A stretch of DNA of 64,000 nucleotides from Pachysolen tannophilus NRRL Y-2460 (lineage: Eukaryota): positions 1,155,759-1,219,758 of the forward strand of contig KV454015.1 in assembly GCA_001661245.1 (NCBI GenBank), written 5' to 3'. The notes beneath the pieces were generated by a model, which was not told the origin of the DNA, made no database searches, and was given only the letters and a program-made list of their open reading frames with translations. The stretch's first letter is position 1, and each line of letters starts with the position of its first letter. Shown here one piece after another: positions 55,147 through 64,000 of this stretch. The position numbers were made by a program, and so were the translations under genes.

Positions 55147-56811
55147 ATGTCATCTTCGGCTGAAGATATAATAATATCGGCAAATGATGAAGTTTCTAAA
55201 CCTGTTGATGAAAAAAAGCCAACTCTTTTAATTCCAGCTACAGAGACTTCAGCAGGTGAAGACCGTATTAAACAGTATCTTCCTAAATATGATAGATTTT
55301 GGATGAGAACACCACATTTTTTAAAGTTGAATGCACTTATGGTTGTTGTTTCATTATCTTCTACCAATACTGGTTATGATGGTTCTTTGTTGAACTCTTT
55401 GCAAACATTTGATGAATGGGTTAGTTACATGGGTAACCCAGATGGTGCAGTCTTGGGTGCATTAAACAATGGTGTTGTTTTCGGTGTTGTTTTAAGTTTC
55501 TTTTGTGCTTCTTATATTTCAGATAAATATGGTAGAAGAAATACTATTGCATTTGGTAACATTTTCATGCTTATTGGTGTTATTATTCAATCTTGTTCTA
55601 TAAATTATGGTCAATTTTTGGTTTCAAGAATGATTATTGGTTTTGGTAATGGTATTGCAATTGTTCCATCTCCAACTTTAATTAGTGAATTGACTTATCC
55701 AACTCATAGACAAATTGTTACAACTTTTTATAATAGTTGTTGGTATCTTGGTGCTATTGTTGCCGCATGGGTCAGTTTTGGTTCAAGAAATGTCACCCAT
55801 AATTGGTGTTGGAGAATCCCATCCATCGTTCAAGGTTTCTTCCCATTGGTCCAAACTTTATTTATCTATTTTGTACCAGAAAGTCCAAGATTTTTAGTTA
55901 ATAAAGGTCGTTATGATGAAGCTAGAGAAATCTTATTAAAATATCATGCAGGTGGTGATGAACAATTAGGTGGAGCTTTAGTAGATTTTGAAATGGCTGA
56001 AATTCAATCTGCAATTGAATTAGAAAAAATTGCAGCAAGGAGTAAATATTCAGATTTTTTCAAAACTCCTGGTAATAGAAAAAGATTTTTCTTACTTACA
56101 TGGATTGCTATTATGATGCAATTATCAGGTAATGGTTTAGTCTCATATTATTTAAATAAAGTCTTAAATTCTATTGGTATGACTTCAACAGACGAAAAAT
56201 TGATTGTCAATGGTGGTTTAATGATTTATAACTTTGGTATTTCAATGATTATTGCATTCTTTGTTAATTTTTTCAAAAGAAGAACAATGTTTTTGTTTTC
56301 TAACGTTACTATGTTAATTGTTTACGTTATTTGGACAATTCTTTCTGCTATCAACCAAGAAAGAGATTTTGCAGATAAATCATTGGCACAAGGTGTCTTG
56401 GCAATGATCTTCTTCTACTACTTGGCTTATAACGTTGGTTTAAATGGTCTTCCATACCTTTACTTAACAGAAATTTTACCATTCACATTAAGAACAAAAG
56501 GTATCAATTCATGTTTGTTCATCCAACAATTTGTCCAAATTTACAACGGTTTCGTCAACTCAATTGCAATGGATGCTATTGAATGGAAATACTACATTGT
56601 CTACTGTTGTATCTTGGCTGTTGAACTTGTTGTTGTTTACTTCACTTTTGTTGAAACTTCAGGACGTACTTTGGAAGAAGTTGCAGAAGTCTTTGGAGAA
56701 CAACCACAAGAATTATCTAAAGATTTCGACACTTTAAAAGGTACCGATGAACAAATTGAAAACAAGGACACTGCTTCCAGCGATAGTCAAGATAACGTCA
56801 TTGTTGTTTAG
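55147..56811 (+). CDS. MFS sugar porter, LAC12/cellodextrin-transporter-like
   Basis: GYDGSLLN, SDKYGRR, LISELTYPTHR, YNSCWYLGAIVAAW, WRIPS, PESPR, QLSGNGLVSYY, TEILP..LR, VETSGRTLEE. Confidence 0.85.
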   Translation: MSSSAEDIIISANDEVSKPVDEKKPTLLIPATETSAGEDRIKQYLPKYDRFWMRTPHFLKLNALMVVVSLSSTNTGYDGSLLNSLQTFDEWVSYMGNPDGAVLGALNNGVVFGVVLSFFCASYISDKYGRRNTIAFGNIFMLIGVIIQSCSINYGQFLVSRMIIGFGNGIAIVPSPTLISELTYPTHRQIVTTFYNSCWYLGAIVAAWVSFGSRNVTHNWCWRIPSIVQGFFPLVQTLFIYFVPESPRFLVNKGRYDEAREILLKYHAGGDEQLGGALVDFEMAEIQSAIELEKIAARSKYSDFFKTPGNRKRFFLLTWIAIMMQLSGNGLVSYYLNKVLNSIGMTSTDEKLIVNGGLMIYNFGISMIIAFFVNFFKRRTMFLFSNVTMLIVYVIWTILSAINQERDFADKSLAQGVLAMIFFYYLAYNVGLNGLPYLYLTEILPFTLRTKGINSCLFIQQFVQIYNGFVNSIAMDAIEWKYYIVYCCILAVELVVVYFTFVETSGRTLEEVAEVFGEQPQELSKDFDTLKGTDEQIENKDTASSDSQDNVIVV

Positions 56812-57272
56812 AATTTAATTATTTCCTTGTTTTTTTTTTTCCTCTTTTTCTTTATCTTTTTCTTTTTTTTCTCGTTGTTCAGTTATTTACAGTTTTATAT
56901 TGTCACTTTTACGTTTTATGACTCTTCATAGCCTATGCTATTTTCTTCTCATTTCTGTTTTTTTTTTTTATTACTTATATTTATTGACGGGGAGAGATTT
57001 TCATTGTTGTATCTTGAATAAAATTGATTAGATGTACTTTTTAAAATGAACTTTTATTAAAAAAATATTATAAAAATCCTGTAATTTGCCTTATTTCCTC
57101 TTTGGGATTTGCCTTTTTAAATTTCAAAAAAGGGCAAAAATGTCACGGGATCTGTGCCCTTTTCCTGAAAGTGATTTAAATCTTGATAAAACAAACAAAC
57201 AAACAAATTGATTGATTGCAATTTAAATTGTGATTTTTTAAGATCTTGATCAAGGCGGTTAAGTGTTGGAAG

Positions 57273-58551
57273 ATGTCTGGAAGTTATGGAGACGTTTTTC
57301 TGGAGATTGTATGCATTAGTTTTTATTTTATCTTTTTTTTTTTTTTGGTTGAAAATTTGTGTTTATTTATGATTAAATATTAAAGAACTTGTTCTAACTT
57401 CAACAATTTTTTGTGTTTTTCTTTTTGTGATCTAGGATTTTGATTCAAAAGATGTTTTCGAAACTTCTGATCATGAGGACTCTTTGAGTCTTATCCCGTT
57501 GGAAGAAACTTTTTCTGGTAGGAGTTCTATTGAGGAAACTGAATTTTCATCCTCGAATGCAAGACTGGTTTTTGAAAATGAAATAGTGGATAGCGCTAAT
57601 GCTGATTTTAGCGGTGCTGTTGTAAATGGCGGGGTGGGAAGCCGTGGCAATATCTCCTTCAAAGTCCCGGAGACTATTGAGCAAAAATTTGTTAGGCTTC
57701 AAAGAGAATTTGAAGAGTTGAAGTTAGCAAAGTTAAATGATCAAAGAGAGTGTTTAAACCCACTGATAAAAGATGATGATGTTGATAATTTTCTTAAAAT
57801 GTTGGAAAATTTGAATTCAAATAAATTTTTTGAAATACAATCGGATTCTACTGCTTTATCTAAGCTAAAAGATGAGCTTAAAATTGATTTAACTCCATAT
57901 CCAGTAAAAATTGCAAATGAATCAACAATCACTTCTGACCAAATAGCAGGACTAGATTCAAGATTGGCGAAATTAGAATCAATTCTTGGATATAGTGAAA
58001 GTACCGAGGCACAAAATTTCACCATTCAAAGTATGATTAATGATTTATATAGACAGGTCTCAATAATGAGTAATCCAGATTTTATTAAAAATGATGTTGA
58101 ACCATTAATTGAATCTTTAGAAAGACTGAAAAAATTCAATAATGATTCTAGTGAAAGAATGAATAGGATGGCTTTTTTACAAAAAAAAAATCCTTATACT
58201 TTGGAAAATGATGAATCAAATAATACAAGTATAATAGAATCTAAGAAAATTCATCTGATATATGAAAAATTGGTATCTTTGCCAAATTTTGAAGAATTAC
58301 TTCCCTCAGTTATTAATAGACTTAAATCATTAAATAAATTGCATTTACAAATAGGTTCTTCTGTGGATTTTGTGGATAACTTGGATAACAGATTAACCGG
58401 TTTAGAAACTTCTATCAAAGAATGGGATGAAACCTTGGACCACATGGAAACGAAATTTAATGAATATCAAAAACTTTCAAATAATAATAAACAAGAAATC
58501 AAAGCATGGATAGATGATTTAGATAAAAAAATAGAAAAAATTAATGATTAG
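57273..58551 (+). CDS. JNM1: Dynactin subunit dynamitin (Jnm1/p50); 2 exons (57273-57308, 57436-58551)
   Basis: Spliced N-terminus ...EI/DFDSKDVFETSD, ETIEQKFVRLQREFEEL, LDSRLAKLESILG, LLPSVINRLKSL..LH. Intron 57309-57435 (GTATGC..TTCTAAC..TAG). Confidence 0.85.
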
Positions 58552-58583
58552 AAAATTTGAATTAATTTTGAATTACATCAATA

Positions 58584-59766
58584 TTATTTAGTAACTATTT
58601 GCACAACATCTTGATCATGAACTTTATGAGCCAATCCACATTTTTGTGGTGAATGTTTCGCACTTGAACCCCAAACTAATGCATATTTGAATTGACTCTT
58701 GAAATCCCTATGGATTGAGTCACACACGTCTTCTATGGTGGAATCTTTTCTAACAACTTGAGGTAAATTCAAATCTGGTAAAGTTCCTTTCCTCTTTGTA
58801 TATAATCTTATCAAATTCAATTTATACCAAATTTCTTCTATCAAATCTTGAATTCCAAGCTCTAATTCACATGACATCACAACGGTATCTGGTTCTCTAG
58901 CTAAACGGTCAACTTCTTCCAACGATACTGCATCAATTTTGTTGTATACATATATACAATTTATATAAGTTATATGTTTCTCATTTATGATATCAATGAA
59001 ATCATCTATTGTAGCATTCTCATCTCTAACTAAGATGTCTGCATTATGGATCTTATAATCTTTTAAAAGAGCATAACATATTTTTTCATTCAAATATTTT
59101 GGTGGTACTGTTGAATTGAATTTGATACCACCACTTTTCCTAATTTTAAAATGAATGTTAGGTTTTGCTTTATTCAATCTAATACCAACTGCTTCTAATT
59201 CTTTGGTTAATATATCTTTCTGGTCAGCGCCCTTGGTAGCATCCAAGACCATCATAATTAATTCTGCTGTAGTAGCTGTCGAAACAACTTGTCTACCTCT
59301 TCCTTTACCCTCACTCGCACCTTTTATAATACCTGGCAAATCAACAATTTGAATTTCAGCACCCTCATATTCCAAGACACCAGGAACAGAAGTAAGAGTT
59401 GTAAAAGCATATTGAGCAACCTCAGATTTGGTCTTGGTAATTTTGGATAAAAAAGATGATTTACCAACAGATGGAAACCCAATCAATACAACTCTTGCAT
59501 CTCCACTTTTAGCAACTTCAAATCCTTCACCTTTTGATGAGTTAGATCCAGGAGCAGGTTCCAATAATTGCTGTCTATATCTAGCTAATTTCCCCTTAAG
59601 TAAACCTATATGATACTCTGTGGCTTTATTCTTTTGAGTTCTTGATAATTCAAGTTGAATTTGTTCGATTTTCTCTCTAATTAACACAAAGAATAATTCG
59701 TCAGTAATCGATGAAGCAAATAAAGATAAATAACAGATTGGCTAATACTCACAATATACCACCCAT
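58584..59766 (-). CDS. RBG2: DRG-family ribosome-binding GTPase Rbg2; 2 exons (59766-59753, 59676-58584)
   Basis: Spliced MGGILEKIEQI...[44 protein letters not shown] domain. Intron 59752-59677 (GTGAGT..TACTGAC..TAG). Confidence 0.93.
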
Positions 59767-60026
59767 ATTTTATTTACTTTCACATCAAGGATTTAAATGA
59801 ATAAATTAAACTCTATTTTATTAAATAATAATTTTTTGTATATGAAAAAAAAAATTTTTTTTTATCACTCTACTATTAAAACAAATTAATTTCTTACAAA
59901 CCATTTTTAAAAGAAAGCAAAAAAAACAAAGCAATGAATAAATATAATAAATAGCAGAAAATAAAGAAAGAAGGAAGGAAGGAAGGAAATGAGTGTGAAG
60001 AAAAATTTTGTAATATTGTCTATTTT

Positions 60027-62111
60027 CTATTTTTTAACACCAATATCTTTTAATTGGAAAGTTCCTCTTAGAGGTGGAACTAATAACTCGTAATCAGCAG
60101 TTTCAGAATGTAAATCAGCTGGTTTCTTTTCTACATGTAAAGTTACCACCAAAGAGTTTTGCTCAACAGGGTACAGTACCACTCCTGCTTTCTTCCCCTT
60201 TTCAACGTTTTTTGGGGGAGGTTTTGTGGGTTTGGAAACGGGGCCGGGAATGATTTTTTCACCAACTTCATGAGAAGAATTGATATAACGTGGATTATTT
60301 TTTATTGGAATCAAATCGCACCAGTTTCTTTTATTCAAAAAATGAGTATTGTCTCTGTGATTACCGTCAACGTCTTTGGTAAATAAAGGGATAATGTCTT
60401 CGTCAGTGTGTTTATCAAAATGATGGACCCTTGTTCTTTTATTCAATAGCTTCGCCATGGCATTTGGAGGCGGGGCATTAACAATTGCTGAAGAGATGAC
60501 ATTAAAGATCAATCTAGGATCATCCTGTGGAGATTCCAATCTTTTTATTGATTCTTCTTTCTTATGTAAATGTGGCATCTTGGTTTGAAATCGGCCAATA
60601 CAACATAGGTGAACATCACCAGACAAGATTGTAATTCTGACCCCGTTTTGTGCTCCAAACCTAGTTAAATCTGCTACTAATTTGTTTCTTTCTTTCTTGT
60701 GATGTCTGGCACACCAATGATCATCCAAATCATCCAATACTTCCATCGACCCATCAAATTCATTGACTAAACCTTTAGCAATAATACCTTTACGTGCTAA
60801 ATATTTAAAAGGAAACAATAAACTTGAATTTAATAAATATTCTAACCAGACAAGTCTAGGATAAGCGATTGGTATACCCAACAATACTAATAAATGTTTA
60901 ATTTCACCACCACTTTTATCAAATTCTGTTTGTATTCGTTGAAATATTAATTCATAAGTGTTATCTTCAATAACTTTGTATTTACTCCTTTCCGTTCTAC
61001 AGTCAAATCCAACAAAACCTATCTCTCTTCCTAACCTAACATAAACCGAATGTGAAGGCTTCTCTATAAAAGGTCCATCAGAGTCACCTAATATCCAAGA
61101 TGGTTCGTCCATAAAACTTTTTTCAGAAATACTAGTTTGATGTTGGAATAACATGTAGTATTTAAAAGCATATTCTCCTACACCTTTAAAGATTGGCTGA
61201 TTCATTGCAGAATCCAGATACGATCCATATCCATCAATTATATCATGATCATCATATATGTTAATTGATGGGATTTGAGACATTGCTATGGGGAACATTT
61301 TTTGTTGAGTTCCACCTTTAGGTCCTGTCCAATATCCTTTACCAAACCATTTTAAATAATGATTAAGGTAAAATTTTTCAAAAGAATCCTTCATATTTTG
61401 AGTGAAAGGATCATTAGAATGTAGTTTCTTATGTGCTAGCCATTTACTAAATTCTATTGAAGTTTGTTTAACAGCATCAGCATAAATTTGATCTCCACCA
61501 CCAATCATGACATGGTAAGGAACCAGATTATGGTTTCTCAATACATCCAACCATAAAGAACCTTTATAAATTGAAGGATCTGCACCTAAAGAAAACCCAT
61601 TACAAGAATGTGAAACAACATTCATTGTTTGTTGTGCACCTGGAATGAAAAATTGATGATCAGGTTTGAAAACACCATTAATACTATATTTTACTCTTTG
61701 TTCATAAGCTTCTAAACCTAAAAAAATTTTGAATCGCCAAAATGTATAACCTTGCTCTTGAGCAAATTTAACTGTTTCAAAATGGCCCTTTCTAAGATTC
61801 CATTCATCTGTAACAATATCATCTTTCTTTGCAGGTCCAACAAAATACCTTACACTTGGGCTTTGAGTATAATCACTATTTTCATCTTTTGTAACCAACA
61901 TAAGTGATGCTCGATAATTATTTGAACCATTCTCCAAAGTACCCAATAATCTTAAAATTGGCCCACACCTAATATCTAATTTTGGTTCTCCAATTGGTCT
62001 AGATACTGGACACTCATGAGGAAACTTGCTCGATTCCAAATCTTCAAGCCGATTGAGATAATTCTCAATCGGTATAGGATCAAACCACGTTTCGTAAACT
62101 TCCAATGACAT
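60027..62111 (-). CDS. PhoD-like metallophosphatase-domain protein (YGR266W-like)
   Basis: CGPILR, HSCNGFS, HVMIGGGDQIYAD, DDHDIIDGYGSY, DCRTER, PIAYPRL, LDDLDDHW, LSGDVH. Confidence 0.8.
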   Translation of the reverse strand: MSLEVYETWFDPIPIENYLNRLEDLESSKFPHECPVSRPIGEPKLDIRCGPILRLLGTLENGSNNYRASLMLVTKDENSDYTQSPSVRYFVGPAKKDDIVTDEWNLRKGHFETVKFAQEQGYTFWRFKIFLGLEAYEQRVKYSINGVFKPDHQFFIPGAQQTMNVVSHSCNGFSLGADPSIYKGSLWLDVLRNHNLVPYHVMIGGGDQIYADAVKQTSIEFSKWLAHKKLHSNDPFTQNMKDSFEKFYLNHYLKWFGKGYWTGPKGGTQQKMFPIAMSQIPSINIYDDHDIIDGYGSYLDSAMNQPIFKGVGEYAFKYYMLFQHQTSISEKSFMDEPSWILGDSDGPFIEKPSHSVYVRLGREIGFVGFDCRTERSKYKVIEDNTYELIFQRIQTEFDKSGGEIKHLLVLLGIPIAYPRLVWLEYLLNSSLLFPFKYLARKGIIAKGLVNEFDGSMEVLDDLDDHWCARHHKKERNKLVADLTRFGAQNGVRITILSGDVHLCCIGRFQTKMPHLHKKEESIKRLESPQDDPRLIFNVISSAIVNAPPPNAMAKLLNKRTRVHHFDKHTDEDIIPLFTKDVDGNHRDNTHFLNKRNWCDLIPIKNNPRYINSSHEVGEKIIPGPVSKPTKPPPKNVEKGKKAGVVLYPVEQNSLVVTLHVEKKPADLHSETADYELLVPPLRGTFQLKDIGVKK

Positions 62112-62553
62112 TCAGATATTTTCTCTTTTTTTTTTTTTTTTTCCTTTCTAAAAGCTTTCTGAAATTTAATGAGCAACTTATCTACCACATTTTACTACCC
62201 TTTAAATAAAATTAAACTGTTATAAAGAAAATAGAGTATTTGCTGTCTTTCGAAAAGCGATTTGGCTTAATTTTTTCTGTTTTTTTTTTTGGTCTGTGTT
62301 TTTTATGTATCTTTTCGAGAGGGCTTATGAAACCATGTTTGATTGCTAAAAACATGGTTTTAATTGAAGTTCTTTATAAATTACTAGGAAATGATAGAAT
62401 AATTAAAAGAAAGGTATACATGTATATAAGATTGATATTTCATCGATAGTGGTCATAAATAAATATATTAAATTAAGTGCATTAAGCAAAATAGAAAAAA
62501 AGTACAAAAAATTGAATATTATAATATATGTGGGTACAAAATTAGATTATGAT

Positions 62554-63501
62554 TTATAAATACAACTTTCTTGTGTTGATAGTTTTTTCAAGAAGTCTCT
62601 TTGTAGCATCCATTTCTTGCATCTTCATAGGCTTATCTAAGGTGTAGTCAATTCCCGCATTTTTGAATAGTTTTAAACTTCTTTCGTCTTGTAAACTTGT
62701 AAAAGCGATTAGTCCAAGTGTTGATAATTCTTGAAATGATCTAATTTTTTCAGCCAATTGTAATCCAGTTATCAATGGCATTTCTATATCTAAAAAAATC
62801 AAATCATAATCGAAATTTGGATTTATCTTTAAATCTTTATTTGGTGTAATGATAGATACTGATTTGTTGTTTTTGTTGTTGTTGTTGTTTATATCTTCAT
62901 TATTTTTATATTTAAATACTTTATTTAAAACTTCTTGTGGGTATATTGTCGAATGTAAGATGCAATTATTATTAAACATTTTGTTTAAAATTTTTTTCAA
63001 AATCATTATATTTATTGGATTATCATCAACTATTAAAAATTTAAAAATTTTTGAATTAGATTGAACAAGTTCTGTTATTGAACATGATTTAAATGAATCT
63101 CTAATAAATCTATCATTAAATGATTCTAATGGTGGAGGTGATTCAGGTAAATGTAAAACATAATTATCAATCAACGAGGTTCGAAAATAAGGTTTAACCA
63201 AATCACTTAATGATACTGGTGATACTGGTGAAACTAATGGTGTTGGATAATGTGATTTGTGTTCATTGCCAAATGTCTTTTCAATACGAGAATGATTATG
63301 ATTATGGACCAGATCAGTTGCAGTGGAACAATGCAAAGTTGAAAATGCAAGTGACCCATCACATTCAGCGGTATCTTTTCTCTTTGGTGAAAACCTATGT
63401 TTTTTCAATTTCATGGCTTTAACAACAAGATTTTCTTTTAAATCCATAGGTGAAGCCAGTTCAATATTATTGACTTGTGCATGATCATGAAAAGTATCCA
63501 T
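62554..63501 (-). CDS. Stand-alone response regulator, Srr1-like
   Basis: Receiver domain FLIVDDNPIN...YDLIFLDIEMP...LIAFTS...AGIDYTLDKP after a disordered N-terminus; no output domain. Confidence 0.75.
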   Translation of the reverse strand: MDTFHDHAQVNNIELASPMDLKENLVVKAMKLKKHRFSPKRKDTAECDGSLAFSTLHCSTATDLVHNHNHSRIEKTFGNEHKSHYPTPLVSPVSPVSLSDLVKPYFRTSLIDNYVLHLPESPPPLESFNDRFIRDSFKSCSITELVQSNSKIFKFLIVDDNPINIMILKKILNKMFNNNCILHSTIYPQEVLNKVFKYKNNEDINNNNNKNNKSVSIITPNKDLKINPNFDYDLIFLDIEMPLITGLQLAEKIRSFQELSTLGLIAFTSLQDERSLKLFKNAGIDYTLDKPMKMQEMDATKRLLEKTINTRKLYL

Positions 63502-64000
63502 TGCTAAAGATACTTTAGCTAAGGATTATTATTTAATTATTAACAAAACAGAAATTAATTACACCGACAAAAAAAAAATTAAAAAAAAAAAAAATTCAAA
63601 CTATTCATTCATTTATACCTTTACAAGATAACAAACAACAACAGTATTATCACGAAACGGAGATTTCTTGCGAAATGATAAAAATATTTATTTACTTTAA
63701 GATGCGAAATGTTTTATTTAAAAGCTAATTCACATAGGTAAAAAAAAAAAAAAAAAAAAGAAAAAGAAAAAAAACTCAAGAATATCTTGTTGCTATAATA
63801 TTGACATTTAAACTATTCTAGAATCGGCAGCATCTGTTGAATCTCCTGCATCTTTAACCATTTTTTCCTCATCAATCACTCCGGAGAACTCTGGAACCGT
63901 CCCAGGTCTTTATCTTTTCTGCAGGAATATGCAACATATTAGGGACACATTCAGAAAGATTGTCATAGCAACTTTAACAATTTAGACGCACTTGCATAAA

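Noticed and set aside
57108..57140. TTTGCCTTTTT / AAAAAGGGCAAA hairpin upstream of JNM1
   Set aside because: Short, imperfect and mostly A/T homopolymer pairing, expected by chance in this composition.

Overview
AT-rich, gene-dense eukaryotic DNA from a budding yeast (Saccharomycotina), with poly(A)/(T) and (TA)n intergenic tracts and short spliceosomal introns. I can support 30 protein-coding genes and one tRNA-Arg(UCU). In order: ATG40/REEP-like, ISN1, tRNA, STD1/MTH1-like, TFB2, a split ADE3 locus (separate FolD-type and formyl-THF synthetase ORFs), MEI5/SFR1-like, VPS30, an RNR large subunit, MCP1, MGM1, NHA1, RPB10, NAN1, NPT1, KAP120, PTP2/3-like, HAS1, FOL2, RGI1-like, HUA1, GOT1, EFG1, SLH1, a LAC12-like sugar porter, JNM1, RBG2, a PhoD-like protein and an SRR1-like response regulator. 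Six genes (ISN1, NHA1, RPB10, GOT1, JNM1, RBG2) need introns that I reconstructed by hand. Many TTG/GTG starts in the ORF track were moved to ATG. Three observations stand out. (1) CTG codons repeatedly fall at positions where homologs have Ala/Ser or polar residues, suggesting CUG is not read as Leu. (2) The normally trifunctional C1-THF synthase is split into two tandem genes. (3) The RNR large subunit has intact catalytic motifs but a degenerate ATP-cone (D57-equivalent is Val), predicting loss of dATP feedback inhibition. No mobile elements or CRISPR arrays were seen. All homolog comparisons are from memory, not from database searches.
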